Of a stretch of DNA of 64,000 nt, positions 41,434-55,915 are shown piece by piece (position 1 is the first letter of the stretch; each line of letters begins with the position of its first letter). A program made the position numbers and the translations under genes. Source of the DNA: Azolla caroliniana (taxonomy: Eukaryota; Plantae; Polypodiophyta); NCBI GenBank assembly GCA_043228905.1, contig JBHGNT010000003.1, positions 2,480,001 to 2,544,000 on the forward strand, in the 5' to 3' direction. Below the pieces are notes generated by a model that was given only the letters and a program-made list of their open reading frames with translations, was not told the DNA's origin and ran no database searches.

Positions 41434-42840
41434 TTAATGCGATGATTTGTAATAGCCTGCGATTCCGTAGCCTGTTTGCAATATTGTCATTAGGAGCAGC
41501 AGAAACCCCACAAGCAGCGAAATCGTTAGCCATGGCCGAGAAAAATACTTTTCACGAAACTCCACATACATGCAATTGTCAGGATTCTCATAGTCGTCCA
41601 ATACATCGCGTATCATCTCATCCCATCTCTCGCATGCTTGAATGTCGATGTTGGTGCACATGTCGTTCCACATCTTGAGCAACTTCTCATCACTCCCCAA
41701 GTGATTCTCTATCACTCGAGCCTTTGTCAAGATCGCCACATCCTCCGGTGTGTCGATGAGTGAGTCCATGATGGCCACATACTTAGTAAACTCGTTGCTA
41801 GGTTTGGAGGTTTGCTCATATGCAAGGAGGTTCCTGAGCACATCCTCTGTCCTGTCATTCACGACAAGCCGTGGAAGATCGAGCCGAAGCTTTCTCTTGT
41901 TGTACTTCATGACTGATATGGCACCTTCAATCGCCCTGAACCTGATGCCGGCTTTAGAGAGTTGAGACACTGTTGGCAGGCGATCACCAAAGATGGTTTT
42001 CTTTCGAGGTTCTTGTTTCGTCTCGAAAAGATCCCGCAGTCGTGGGAATTTCCAAGGTTTGGTGGCTTTAGTCCCAGACTTTTGCGATCGTTCTCTGAGG
42101 ACCCAAGCATATAGGAAATCAAGTAGATGATTGCAATTGACAAACTCCGGAGTTTCAAAAATATTGCCATTCTCTTGATTTAGGGACAAACCCTTGCTGA
42201 TAACGAATGGATCAATTATATAAACAGCATAATTCAATCCTTCTTGGAGTTCATCCCATTCTGATTCAGTGTTTTTTGGAAACTCATCAATCAGCTTCAT
42301 TAGATAGGACACAGGAATTTGGTTCCCCATCAAGAACAAGTCCCTCAATACTTGCTTGAATGTGATGTTATTGTTGCAGATTTTGCAGAACTGGGTGTGT
42401 TCCTCGAGTAGGGAATCCCATGGAGTTGGAATAAACAGCAATAATTCTCGAATGAAGATGGTATCCACAGTCACCAAAAGTTGGAGGGACTCAGATCTAT
42501 AATTGGGAAGGCCTGAATAATGATTGTGAAGATCAGAAGGGTCATAGAAGAGGCGTTGCATGAGCTCTTCCAAATTTGATATCTGATTTGCTCTCATGAA
42601 TTTATTCACACACAATGCCTTACAACCATAAAGAACAGAGCTTCCACTAAGCTTTTCATGCAATGGTCCGATGGTCAGGATTTGAGGCCGATATGACTCT
42701 GGCTTGACATCGACTAATGCTTTTGGAGGCTTCGAAATCTCCGTGAACACCTGTGTATCATCATCAGTACCCTGATTGATCCTTATTCTCATGTCTTCTC
42801 TCCATTTTTCTTCTTCAGGACGGGATTCAAATTGATCCAT
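41434..42840 (-). CDS. DUF247/UPF0481 family protein, intact, 468 aa
   Basis: Same motif set as above; close paralog of 11614..12921; complete PW-TM tail. Confidence 0.92.
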   Translation of the reverse strand: MDQFESRPEEEKWREDMRIRINQGTDDDTQVFTEISKPPKALVDVKPESYRPQILTIGPLHEKLSGSSVLYGCKALCVNKFMRANQISNLEELMQRLFYDPSDLHNHYSGLPNYRSESLQLLVTVDTIFIRELLLFIPTPWDSLLEEHTQFCKICNNNITFKQVLRDLFLMGNQIPVSYLMKLIDEFPKNTESEWDELQEGLNYAVYIIDPFVISKGLSLNQENGNIFETPEFVNCNHLLDFLYAWVLRERSQKSGTKATKPWKFPRLRDLFETKQEPRKKTIFGDRLPTVSQLSKAGIRFRAIEGAISVMKYNKRKLRLDLPRLVVNDRTEDVLRNLLAYEQTSKPSNEFTKYVAIMDSLIDTPEDVAILTKARVIENHLGSDEKLLKMWNDMCTNIDIQACERWDEMIRDVLDDYENPDNCMYVEFREKYFSRPWLTISLLVGFLLLLMTILQTGYGIAGYYKSSH

Positions 42841-44454
42841 TTGATGTGTAAGCTTGATTTCTTGGCTGATATTCTCCTAAATTTCTTCTTCTTCTTCTTC
42901 TTCTTTGGTGGGCACAAACTTGATGCTTTCTTGTAGAAGCCAAGTATTAGCCCTAGTCTTCTCTTGCAGGAGATAAGAAAAGAGAAAATGGTGAGATCTA
43001 AGAAATTATGCTAGAATCATGTATAAATGGAGAGAGAGCATATAATCATGCCATTTTATACATCGAAAGCAAATATTCCATTCCGTTTTTTAGTCAATTC
43101 TTCTACAATTTTAGAAAACTCGTGGGGTTTGGATGAGCTCAGTATGCCGATCAAAGTCAACTCTTCTCTCAATACATGTGGTTTGTGGATGTGGGAGGAC
43201 TTTTCTCAATATGTACATGCTCTTTACCATTCATGACTTTATATTACAGGCAAGCTTGACCTTCACTTCAAAGACAAAGTTTTCCTTATGTTGAGGGGAA
43301 GTTCTTCGATTTTGTTGTGTCGCTCACTGTAACAGTTGGATTAATTAATCGTAAATACATTTGAAAAACACAAATAGCGATCACATAGTTTTTTACAATG
43401 TATATGAAATAAATGGGATTAGAATTTGGTCACAAATTAGCATGAACAATTTGAGGAAAATGGGCACGAATTGACTCAAATCATTTACATGTTGTAAATT
43501 GTTTTGAGAGGAAATAAGTACAAAACAATAAACTGAAACGTTGAGGGGTAGCTCATGATTGAACGCAAAATTCCTCACCGTATGATTTAAAAATCCGCCC
43601 ATAATTTAATATCTTAAAATATAATCCATGAAAAGCATACTTATTCGTCATCAATCAATCAATGGTAGTTTGTTCTAACTCACAATTCCATATTACGAAA
43701 TTTAGGCAAAAACAATTGTGATTAATTGCTTTCTAAATCAAATGGGTGGACAGTTGAAAGTAACATACCACTGCATTATTGGCCTGCAAGAAATCTATGT
43801 CACATCCGAGGAATAAAAAATCATCAAAAAACACTATATGCCACAAAATCTTGATTTGTGATTATGTTTTTTATGTAAATTTGTTTTTGTAAAATGTTTA
43901 TCTCCAAAATGTTCAAGAAATTATTGCTCCCGCAACCTCTCTAGTAATCGCTCGATGACTATAATTAGACCCCGACAACCACTCTATTCGCACCCACATT
44001 GTTGCTTCCATATATAATTTTAACATAAATTTCAAGATATAAGAGTAGTTTGTAAACATTTCAATTGTAAATTGAACAAACTTGTGTTTCTTTTCAAACA
44101 ATCGACAAATGGCCTTACATTATTTTGGCATGAAACAGAGAAAGACACCAAGCAATTAGATTTTGTATGGAATGAAGAGTATCATCATCCACTTGAAACA
44201 TGTAAAAGAAGTTATTGATCCTTGTTTCTTTAGTGTCAATCCCCAAGGCAAATCCCAATCAATACTCTCAAAATGGAGACCAATAATTTATCATCACCCA
44301 TAATTTGAGCCACATACCATCCCTTCTTATTGGGCCTTAGATGATAGCATTAACATTATTCGAAGGAGTAAAACCACAAGACATTAGTAGTCACTTGTAC
44401 AAATTGAGTTTAATCTTATTAAAACAAACCAACCCATGGTTACTCTTCTCCCAC

Positions 44455-47190
44455 ATATAAGACCCCCCAAAAAAACAAGTGATCGAACTCAAAATGCAAT
44501 CTCTCCTTTCCATTTTCATAATAATTCGGTGATGTTACCCGTAAATATAAGGAAGTCAAGAGCACATCACCGAGTTCTAAGAAAACTAGTGCTCGGCCGA
44601 CAAGCTGACATTCACATTTGTGGGGTTTGTTTTTTGAGCAATTACATAAAGATCATTAGCGCTCTGGGAACCCAATTACCCAAAAGAATAAACTTGTTCA
44701 CATATATTACCTATTCGTGAATTGGGCAGTATACATTCAGGTAAAGGGGTAACATGATGGAGATTTCCGCAAAAACTCTTCCGTGAAAACCATCATGGGA
44801 ACGAAGAAGGCAAGCCCTACTAAAAGAAACGAGAAACCCCATAAATTCTATACACAAACACATATAGATGCACTTAAAAATACTAGTATACATATATACT
44901 TTATAAAATATAAATTGTACTAAAACAAAATTCATGGTGGACAAATGCATTTGACAAAGTTATCTTCCATGGTTCAAGTCTCGGATGTTGATAGTTTGTG
45001 GGACACGAGAGATGTGACACCTTTGTTTCTCTCCGCTTGAGTCTAGGGGACACCTTTATTTTTCTCTTTCTCTCTCAAAAGATGTTATATCTTTATTTTT
45101 TATTTGTCTTTCTCTTTCTCTCCATTATTTGAAAAGTTGTTAAGTGATATTGTGAAATGCACATAGATAGAACCCAAGCTAGCTTGCCTTGCTTCTTACT
45201 TCTTGGTCAATTTATAATTGATACATAGAGACCCATTTGGGTTCGTTTCGCTACATGTGTGCTAATTAGGTGCCCCAATGGGCCAACGGAATGAAGGTAC
45301 ACCACAGCGTCAACGCATGCGCTTGCTCAAAAAGTACTCCGTGCGGGCCACTACAATCTTAGGTTTAGTTCCAACTTTCTATACATTTTACATTGCCTGC
45401 AGCTTGTTTTGCTACTACTAGAAATTATAAGAGCTATAACATGATGCCATATACACTTTGCCTCTCATAAACCTACCAGACTTTTTTATTTGAAAATGTA
45501 TATTATGGATGTATGATGAAGGTCTTCTAGAATTTGTGTATATTGAATTACTTAATATGTAGTGTCATGATAAGGACATGTTGATTTTATGCAATTGTCA
45601 AGTTGTTTGTGGAGAGTTTTTTGTATGTGAAATTTGTTCTTGTAAGCAGTAGATGAGTTTTTTCCGTAAATGCAAGCTTTGAGTGTCAGATTTTTCGTCT
45701 CTATGACCTACTCACTCATGTTCCCATCTATGAAATATCTATATAAGTACCGACAATGTCATGGATTATTAATCACTATAATTTGGGCATTGAACATTAC
45801 AACCTAAAACACTAATCACATTACTTCTACTTCTACACCATCCACAATTATAAGCTTCTATGGATCATAAATCAAACACATAATAAACATAAACAAGAAA
45901 AAATAAGTGAGAGAATCAAGTGTAAATGAAATCCCAAAGTAGTAAACAAACCTCAAAAGTCCATAATTGTTTTGAGCTTCTTTATTTTTGCTATAGGGTT
46001 TAAGGTTGGGTTAATTTAGGGCTTCGGGTGATAAGCTAAGATCGTATAGATTGTCTACAATATTGAAACCAAGAGCAATAGAAACGCCGCAATGACCAAA
46101 ATCAATAACCATGGGCGAGAAAAATACGTGGCACGAAACTCCACATACATCGGACGCCAAGGGCTCCTATAGTCCCCCATTACATCACAGGTCATCACGT
46201 CCCATCTCTGGCATGGCTGATTCAAGACATTGATGCGCATGTTGACCAATCTAATATGTTATGTTTTCCCATGAACCTCTTCACTCACAGTGCCTTACAA
46301 TGATCAAGAGAAGAGCTCCCCAACTGTTGATACAATGGTCAAATGGTTAGGATTCAAGGGGAATGTGAGAGTGGCTTGACCTCCAACAATGCTCGAGGAA
46401 TTATCCATATCACTGAGCTTTAGTTAGACTCATGTGTATTAGCATCAACACTAGCATTCTCGATCTTGAGTGTCATGTTGTCTCTCCATTCGGTGTCTTG
46501 AGTGGCATGCGGTCTCTCTGTTTGTCTTCTTAAGTGAAATTCTGATTGGTGTAGCTCCGCAATGACGGGGGTGCTTACATGGCGGCTAGGAGAGATGGGT
46601 TCATCAATTTCCAGAGTTAAGTCTACTAGCTTATTTGCCTCACTACATTGTGACAATTGAGACTTTTGGACTCTTGATCTATAAGTCTGTTGATAGTTCT
46701 TAGAGATGTTAGATGGTTCATTCCATGATTTTTTTAGGGTTTTAAAAGAGATCCAAAGTTTTGTGTTAACGCAGGTTTCGTTTGCATCGTGGTGGGTGCA
46801 TAGTATGTAACCCCACGGACCTACCCTATGTACCCCCATAAGTGAGTAATTACCCAATATTGAAACTTCAACTTGGCTTTCTTTACTCGTGAAATGTGCA
46901 TGAATAATTCTTTCATGTTGTAGCTCTCATTGGTAGAGACAACTTTATCTCATAGGCAACTTTTACTTTCGTCTTGGAATGTCCGATACAAAACTACGGA
47001 GTAAAAATTTCAGATAATGCATACGACAAGAAACAACATTTTCACAATATGTATGTATAGCATTGACTTCCTTTAAAAGTGTTGAAATTGTTGTTATTTT
47101 TATTCCTTAATACTATATATATATGTATATAATGCGTTGACTATGTTTAGATTTGCATTTAGAGATCATGTCAACATGTCAAAACGTGTC
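44455..47190. repeat. Recent segmental duplication, copy 1 (copy 2 at ~52280-55015)
   Basis: Near-identical sequence at a constant 7825-bp offset (ORFs 44711/52536, 46055/53880, 46420/54245). Confidence 0.92.
46050..46860 (-). pseudogene. DUF247 pseudogene relic
   Basis: ORF 46055..46249 MYVEFRATYFSRPWL plus TM; N-terminal EWRDNM.LKI remnant; core deleted. Confidence 0.75.
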
Positions 47191-47409
47191 AACGTGTTGT
47201 TTTGTTTGTTCCCTTATACTAGTACTGAACACACAAAGAAATAATATTGTAGCACGATCCTTTAGACCGTCTAATGGGCGCATAGAGTATCATATATACA
47301 TGCAAGAAAGAGTTGTCTTCGTCTAATTTATTTGTTGGTTTACATATCATTCATTTCATAGACCATAAACAAACAAAGAAACAAATTGGAGCCTCATAAG
47401 TAAAGGCAA

Positions 47410-49450
47410 GATAAGATCAATTCCATGATTTCGTCTATCACCATCACCGATGAGGATGTGGAAACATTCATGCTTTCAATGAAAAGATTTTGTCATGGTA
47501 ACATACAATGTCACCATTATTCATTCATTCATGTTGTCTTTGACAATCGATGACAACGAGGCGTTAGCAATTGCCACGAGAAACTCTGTCGTGGTCATTT
47601 CAATATTCCTCGTTCTCGCAACAACAGAAATTTGCAAATGTGTGAGAATATAAAAAATTCCCCAAAACCCAATAAGTCTTGAAAGTATAAACACACGCAT
47701 AAATGTAGTTTAATTTTTCGCTTGCATTTAATATTAGCTATGGATATGGTTGAGAGCATGAAAAAGGCTTAGTTTGTAAAGCACGAGCCTCCATTTTTTT
47801 CCCACATCATCGTACATTGGTGTTGCAAAATGGCCTTGTTTACAAAGGAATCTAATGATGCATTAGGAACCAAGGTGGAAGTATTTCAATATTGATGTCA
47901 ACACATTTTGGTGGGATCTAATAAGAGTCAAGGATGGAAGAATTTTTGTATCGATGTTAACATGTTTTGGTGGAATACAAGAAGACTCAAGCATGGAAAG
48001 TATTCTATTTTATCACTAACGTGTTCTTGTTTCTCTACAATTCGATGTTTAATGCTCACATTTACATTAGGACATTGTGACAACTACGATGAGACGAAAT
48101 AAGACATTATTACAACATTGAAAAACGCTAAATGTGTGAGCCACAATATGGAAGTAATTCCTTTATCCACCACATAAGGAACTTTTTATCTTCTAAAAAT
48201 TTAATGTTATTGTCATAAGGTAGTTATTTGAGAGCCAATAAGTATAAAAATAACAAAAGTCTCTTGTAAATTTACTAGGAGAAAATCCATAGTTATTTAG
48301 AAGGAAGATTCATGAAAAAGTGGGGGATAACGCCATGGGTTTTACATACATCCTTCAATGGTATTCTTATCTCTTCACATCCTTTCCTCGCACCTTCTTC
48401 CCCATCCTTCACAACTCAAAGATGTAAAAGAATTTTGTTTTCCTCTCTTGAAACTGCCCATCTCATGTGGGGGTATGGTTAATTACATTTTGATTGCAAC
48501 TCGTCTCATGTAAACAAATTAGGAATTGTTAATGATGGTTGATGGAAAGCTAGTATTTGCTTTTGTTATCATAGGGTTTTTTCGACTGCCCTCATATGTT
48601 ATTTCGTATTGTTTGTATATTCTTTTTTTATATGATTTATATAGGTATTCTCTTTGGATATAGTTTGAAGGAACTAGACTCTTCTCATGTGTGAACATGA
48701 GATTTGACAATGAGAATAGACATAAATGAAAGGTCTATGCGTAAACCATAAAACTTATGACTATTTTGTCAATCTAAAATAGATTACAACTCTATGTTCC
48801 TTTTAGTGGGTACCATCTACGAACAATGAGCTTTGTAATTCATTACAAACTGAATTTATGTGTTTCTTCGTCTAAAGTATCTTGCTTCAATATTGTTCGT
48901 TGCGCTTTATGTAGTTTAAAGGAACAAAGATAACAAAACTTCATGGAGATATTCTTATTCATGGAAAGTCAATGCATTATTGTTAGGAGAACGTGCGAAA
49001 ATAATGCCAAACTTTTTCAACGAGACAATTATGCTTTCTTTCAAGTCCTTCATGTTAGTATAATTTAGGTATTCCTAAATATAAATTCTTAAGTCTAATC
49101 TAATGTCAAAATCAAGGAATATCCAACACCTTAGAAAAACCTAAATGCATTACAACACATGATGTATTTCTTATGAAGAACATGCTTATTATTGTTAATG
49201 TCATGCGGTTATTCAATGAGGATAATCCTCCACACCCTTTCCAAGAACAAGGATTTTTTAAGTGACAACGATGGAGCTTCTCGTGAAAATCGTTGATGCC
49301 TTGTTGTGATCAATGGTGACAGATAACATGAATGAAAGAATAATGGTGATGTTGACTATTAGCAGGACAAAAGCTTTCATCGAAATCACAAACGTTTCCT
49401 CGTCCTCATCATTGATGGTGACACATGAAATGAATGAATTGACCTTATGT
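47410..49450. mobile_element. Old element bounded by ~190-bp degenerate inverted repeats (Mutator-like?)
   Basis: 47411-47600 aligns by eye to the reverse complement of 49260-49450 with many substitutions. Confidence 0.5.
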
Positions 49451-51559
49451 CGTTCTTTTTTTTTTCAAAACAAATGATCCTTCCATTAGTTATAAAGAAA
49501 GGTCATAATGGTTACATCATACAGAGTATTTTTTCCCAAGCCCATCTTGTGTAGACAACGGTTGAGGAAACAAATATTTGTACTCCAGCATAGAGAAACT
49601 AGTAAAGCAATTACAATCTATTCCCTAGACACATTGCAAGGTATCCATATCCATAGACATAGAATGAACCATACATATCATACATGCATTTGCATTCGCG
49701 AATGATTCAATCAAATGTGTATGGTAAATCAACTCAAAGTTGGATTGGATTGACACGTTTGATTGGATTGACTATGGCTATATTATGAGCTAATTTTGTA
49801 ATGAAAACAAATGAAAAAAAGAAACAAAAAGGAGCACGTAATTTTCCCTTTTCAAACGTGTTCATTTTCAAACGTGTTCGTTTTCAAACGTTTGAATGCT
49901 TGCACGAACACGAATATTACGTTCTATGTCAATAGGCAACAACGAAAGTAGCTCTATCCGAAAACAAACCCTCTCAGGTCATAACTATGAGCCATTCAAT
50001 ACTTCTTCAACCTATACATCTTGGATTTAAAGGCGATTAACTACGTTCTTTCATTTTTCAAGAGAACCACTTTCGACATTCGTGGCTTTTAATCTCATTT
50101 GGGTGAGGTTGATCTTGATTTTAGAGATAAAGTTTTTCTTTTTCTAGTAATTGGGTTCCGAGCTTTTCAGGCAAAGCTCTGTACATTAATGATAGTAAAG
50201 ACATCACTAATCACGACACATTTGAACAAACAAATACTCTTCAAATAAATCGCACGACGTATATGAAATTGGATTAGAATTAGGTCTCAAATTTCATACC
50301 ATGAAGAATCTGAGAAAAAAAGAGAAGGAATTGGCTCAATTATTTAATACATGGCGTGATTGTTTGAGAGGAAATAAGTATCAAAATAACTAAAACTTTG
50401 CGGGCATTCGAGTAGTTCTTGCTCCACACACCATTACAATTGTCAATTAAAATTTGTAACGACATGGATCATCGCAGTGCTTCTTACTGCTCGCAGTTTC
50501 ACTATTGCATACAAGCTACACACATCCTAGGGTATTACAGAAAACTCTCGATTAAGCTATCCTTGGGATAAAAATTCATTCACGCTTGCGCATGTCACAA
50601 CAAGGATATTGTATCATCCTTTAAGTGATACCTTTGAAAAGTCGTAGAACGTTTGTTAGTAAAATACAAGGTGGTGAAAAATATTGGAATGCAGTTGTCA
50701 TCCATTTCCCATTTGGTGCCAACGTAGTTACATAAAAAGTCATAATTGGTGGGCTTACATTAGGCTCAAACTTAATCAGACTAGGACAAGGGTCATGTAA
50801 ACGCTTCATTTATACCATTTCAATGGAGGACAATATACATAGGTTCATTAAATACCCTACAAATCATGTTATTTGGAAGTACTTAACATAGTTTTGGCAA
50901 TGTTATTTGAAGCTTATATTTGGGTTTTTCCTTAGTATCCTCAAAATGGTCGACATGATTAGTTTGAGATCTTATTCAAAATTTTACAATATTGTGGGTT
51001 GCATCACTATTGGAATATTGGACATAGTACTTTCATGTTTGATGGTAGAGATGGGTTGAAATCCTATGTTTAAAAGTTGAAGGACATTCTTATGTGGAGT
51101 TTTTGGATGCTCAAACATCTTGGGGATCATTTCCACCAATGCATATTCAAGTTTTCAAATGGCGAAAAAGTTAGTAACAATGGTTTGTACATAAAATTAA
51201 TTATAATTGTGTGATTTTACCAAAATGTAAAATGAGAAAGAGAGGAATTCTATAATACGAAAGGATTTGAGAAAAAGTAGATGAATTGAATCCTCACTTT
51301 ATAGCATTATGATTGTGGGAATTTTGTAAGGTTGTTGAATTGTCTTCTGTTGGTGTCGTCCTAGCAATATCATATTCCGAACTTGAGCACTTGTAGTATC
51401 AAAGTGTGGAGAGCAAGAATGGTCATAGAAAGAAAATACTCCCTCCCATAAAAGGTAATGGATCCCACCCAAACTAGTTGTGGATGTACGTTAATAAGCT
51501 CATTTTTGTTGGGAAAGAAGAAAACAACATTCAAATTTACATGAGAATCATGGTGAACA

Positions 51560-51945
51560 ATGAGACGTTACCAACCATCGTTTATGAACATGGAAATCAT
51601 ACTTGAAAGATATAATTTGTTAAGGATTTTGGATGGAACTGTCGTATATCCCATCATTGATAACACCACAAATGCATTTGATGTGCAAACATTGACGTGA
51701 CATGATTTAAATGCTTGCTTGGCTCCATCTTCATATGGAGGACACACTTAAGCAAAGTGTGGGAACCTTGACTACCTCTAAACAAATATGGGATAGATTA
51801 GAGACAAATAAAATCCATGCCCATGTTATGTCCCAAGTTGCTAATTTAAAAACTTTAATAAGCATGGCCATGAATGAAAATGGTGACCTTGACATGTTTG
51901 TAAAAAATTTGTGGCTTCGCCTTTTAAAGATGTGATTTTTTCAAG
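51560..51945 (+). pseudogene. Degenerate copia gag fragment
   Basis: ORF 51711..51935 ...TSKQIWDRLE... resembles a copia gag (UBN2-type). Confidence 0.5.
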
Positions 51946-52279
51946 ACTTAATTAGGTCACCAAAACCATAAAATACCATTGGTTTGTTCTTGGTGGCAAG
52001 AGTCGTAGTACAATTTAGGAATTCCTAAATATAAATTCTTAAGTCTAATATAATGTTAAAATCAAGAAATATCCAACACCTTAGAAAAACCTAAATGCAT
52101 TACAGTACATGATGAATTTCTTATGAAGAACATGCTTATTACTCTTAATGTCATGCGGTTATTCTAAATATCCAAAGAGAGTCACTGCAATTATATATAT
52201 ATGTGTGTGTGTGTAGATATAATGTATGTGTGACCTCACTCTCTCAACAAACATACATTCTTGTCTTCATGGATAGAAC

Positions 52280-55015
52280 ATATAAGACCCCCAAATAAAA
52301 ACAAGTGATCGAACTCAAAATGCAATCTCTTTTTCCATTTTCATAATAATTCGGTGATGTTACCCGTAAATATAAGGAAGTCAAGAGCACATCACCGAGT
52401 TCTAAGAAAACTAGTGCTCGTCCGACAAGCTGACATTCACATTTGTGGGGTTTGTTTTTTGAGCAATTACATAAAGATCATTAGCGCTCTGGGAACCCAA
52501 TTACCCAAAAGAATAAACTTGTTCACATATATTACCTATTCGTGAATTGGGCAGTACACATTCAGGTAAAGGGGTAACATGATGGGGATTTCCGCAAAAA
52601 CTCTTCCGTGAAAACCATCATGGGAACGAAGAAGGCAAGCCCTACTAAAAGAAACGAGAAACCCCATAAATTCTATACACAAACACATATAGATGCACTT
52701 AAAAATACTAGTATACATATATACTTTATAAAATATAAATTGTACTAAAACAAAATTCATGGTGGACAAATGCATTTGACAAAGTTATCTTCCATGGTTC
52801 AAGTCTCGGATGTTGATAGTTTGTGGGACACGAGAGATGTGACACCTTTGTTTCTCTCCGCTTGAGTCTAGGGGACACCTTTATTTTTCTCTTTCTCTCT
52901 CAAAAGATGTTATATCTTTATTTTTTATTTGTCTTTCTCTTTCTCTCCATTATTTGAAAAGTTGTTAAGTGATATTGTGAAATGCACATAGATAGAACCC
53001 AAGCTAGCTTGCCTTGCTTCTTACTTCTTGGTCAATTTATAATTGATACATAGAGACCCATTTGGGTTCGTTTCGCTACATGTGTGCTAATTAGGTGCCC
53101 CAATGGGCCAACGGAATGAAGGTACACCACAGCGTCAACGCATGCGCTTGCTCAAAAAGTACTCCGTGCGGGCCACTACAATCTTAGGTTTAGTTCCAAC
53201 TTTCTATACATTTTACATTGCCTGCAGCTTGTTTTGCTACTACTAGAAATTATAAGAGCTATAACATGATGCCATATACACTTTGCCTCTCATAAACCTA
53301 CCAGACTTTTTTATTTGAAAATGTATATTATGGATGTATGATGAAGGTCTTCTAGAATTTGTGTATATTGAATTACTTAATATGTAGTGTCATGATAAGG
53401 ACATGTTGACTTTGTGCAATTGTCAAGTTGTTTGTGGAGAGTTTTTTGTATGTGAAATTTGTTCTTGTAAGCAGTAGATGAGTTTTTTCCGTAAATGCAA
53501 GCTTTGAGTGTCAGATTTTTCGTCTCTATGACCTACTCACTCATGTTCCCATCTATGAAATATCTATATAAGTACCGACAATGTCATAGATTATTAATCA
53601 CTATAATTTGGGCATTGAACATTACAACCTAAAACACTAATCACATTACTTCTACTTCTACACCATCCACAATTATAAGCTTCTATGGATCATAAATCAA
53701 ACACATAATAAACATAAACAAGAAAAAATAAGTGAGAGAATCAAGTGTAAATGAAATCCCAAAGTAGTAAACAAACCTCAAAAGTCCATAATGGTTTTGA
53801 GCTTCTTTATTTTTGCTATAGGGTTTAAGGTTGGGTTAATTTAGGGCTTCGGGTGATAAGCTAAGATCGTATAGATTGTCTACAATATTGAAACCAAGAG
53901 CAATAGAAACGCCGCAATGACCAAAATCAATAACCATGGGCGAGAAAAATACGTGGCACGAAACTCCACATACATCGGACGCCAAGGGTTCCTATAGTCC
54001 TCCATTACATCACAGGTCATCACGTCCCATCTCTGGCATGGCTGATTCAAGACATTGATGCCCATGTTGACCAATCTAATATGTTATGTTTTCCCATGAA
54101 CCTCTTCACTCACAATGCCTTACAATGATCAAGAGAAGAGCTCCCCAACTGTTGATACAATGGTCAAATGATTCGGATTCAAGGGGAATGTGAGAGTGGC
54201 TTGACCTCCAACAATGCTCAAGGAATCTTCCAGATAACTGAGCTTTAGTTAGACTCATGTGTATTAGCATCAACACTAGCATTCTCGATCTTGAGTGTCA
54301 TGTTGTCTCTCCATTCGGCGTCTTGAGTGGCATGCGGTCTCTCTATTTGTCTTCTTCGGTGAAATTCTGATCGGTGTAGCTCCGCAATGACGGGGGTGCT
54401 TACATGGCGGGTTGGAGAGATGGGTTCATCAATTTCCAGTGTTAAGTCTACTAGCTGATTTGCCTCACTACATTGTGACAATTGAGACTTTTGGACTCTT
54501 GATTTATAAGTCTGTTGATAGTTCTTAGAGATGTTAGATGGTTCATTCCATGATTTTTTTTGGGTTTTAAAAGAGATCCAAAGCTTTGTGTTAAAGCAGG
54601 TTTCGTTTGCATCGTGTTGGGTGCATAGTATGTAACCCCAAGGACCTACCCTATGTACCCCCATAAGTGAGTAATTACCCAATATTGAAACTTCAACTTG
54701 GCTTTCTTTACTCGTGAAATGCGCATCAATAATTCTTTCATGCTCTAGCTCTCATTGGTAGAGACAACTTTATGTCATAGGCAGCTTTTACTTTCGTCTT
54801 GGAATGTCCGATACAAAACTACGGAGTAAAAATTTCAGATAATGCATACGACGAGAAACAACATTTTCACAATATGTATGTATAGCATTGACTTCCTTTA
54901 AAAGTGTTGAAATTGTTGTTATTTTTATTCCTTAATACTATATATATATGTATATAATGCGTTGACTATGTTTAGATTTGCATTTAGAGATCATGTCAAC
55001 ATGTCAACGTGTCAA
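52280..55015. repeat. Recent segmental duplication, copy 2, including a DUF247 relic at 53875-54685
   Basis: Matches 44455-47190. Confidence 0.92.
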
Positions 55016-55915
55016 CATGCTCGGCTACATTTGTGAAGCCGAGATGCCAAAGGAAGCGCGGGAGAATCTACGAAAGATTTTTGCCGCCAACACAACCGCT
55101 AGAAAGCTTGAACTCCACTAAGAGTTAAACAACATCCAACAAAGGGATATGTCCATCACAAGCTACACCTTGAAGATCAAGGAGCTTTGTGACTCGCTCG
55201 GCTCAATAAGCATCAATGTGGATGATGATGAGATGGTGCAAATATGCCTCGGCGGCCTTGCACCATGATTCGGCACGATCAGGACCGTTGTACTAACACG
55301 GGAGAACCCGCCCTCCTTCTTCGATCTTCAATCCATCTTATTGGTCGATGAAAACCATGTTCAAACAAGGAGCAACACCTTGGAAGGCCACATGCTTTAC
55401 TCATACTCGGACGGAGGGAGAGGACTCGGTCGTGCAAGTAGAGGCCGATTCGGCCAAGGACGAGGTGGACGAGGCCCGACTTATGAAAATAACTCGCAAT
55501 TTGGGCATCAAGACGGAAGCCATCGAGGAACCTTCGGAAGAAGGGGGAGCTTCCATTCCGGTCCGAGCCGACAAAACTTGGTCGGATGCGGATATTATGG
55601 AAAAATCAGTCACCATGAAGAAGAGTGTCGTAAGAAGATGTGTGAGTCGGTTTCCACAAGCCGACAACTTACCAATTACACCACCAACTCCAACTATGAT
55701 GATCGTGGCAGAATGTTCGAGATGAGACATAGAGCAAATTCTATGTCGGTTTCTACTTCGAATAGCACATCTAGTTCGGAAGATGTATGGTTCGTCGACT
55801 CCGGTGCCTCGAACCATATGACGTCTCATCAAGAATGGTTCCGAGAACTTCGAGGGCCAGACCGACCTAGCTATGTCGAAACCAGAGACGACACTATGCA
55901 TTCGATTCGACACAT
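55016..55915 (+). mobile_element. Ty1/copia gag-protease fragment
   Basis: GYICEAEMPKEARENLRKIF..., RGG-rich linker, degenerate knuckle, WFVDSGASNHMT; homology ends at ~55915. Confidence 0.85.
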
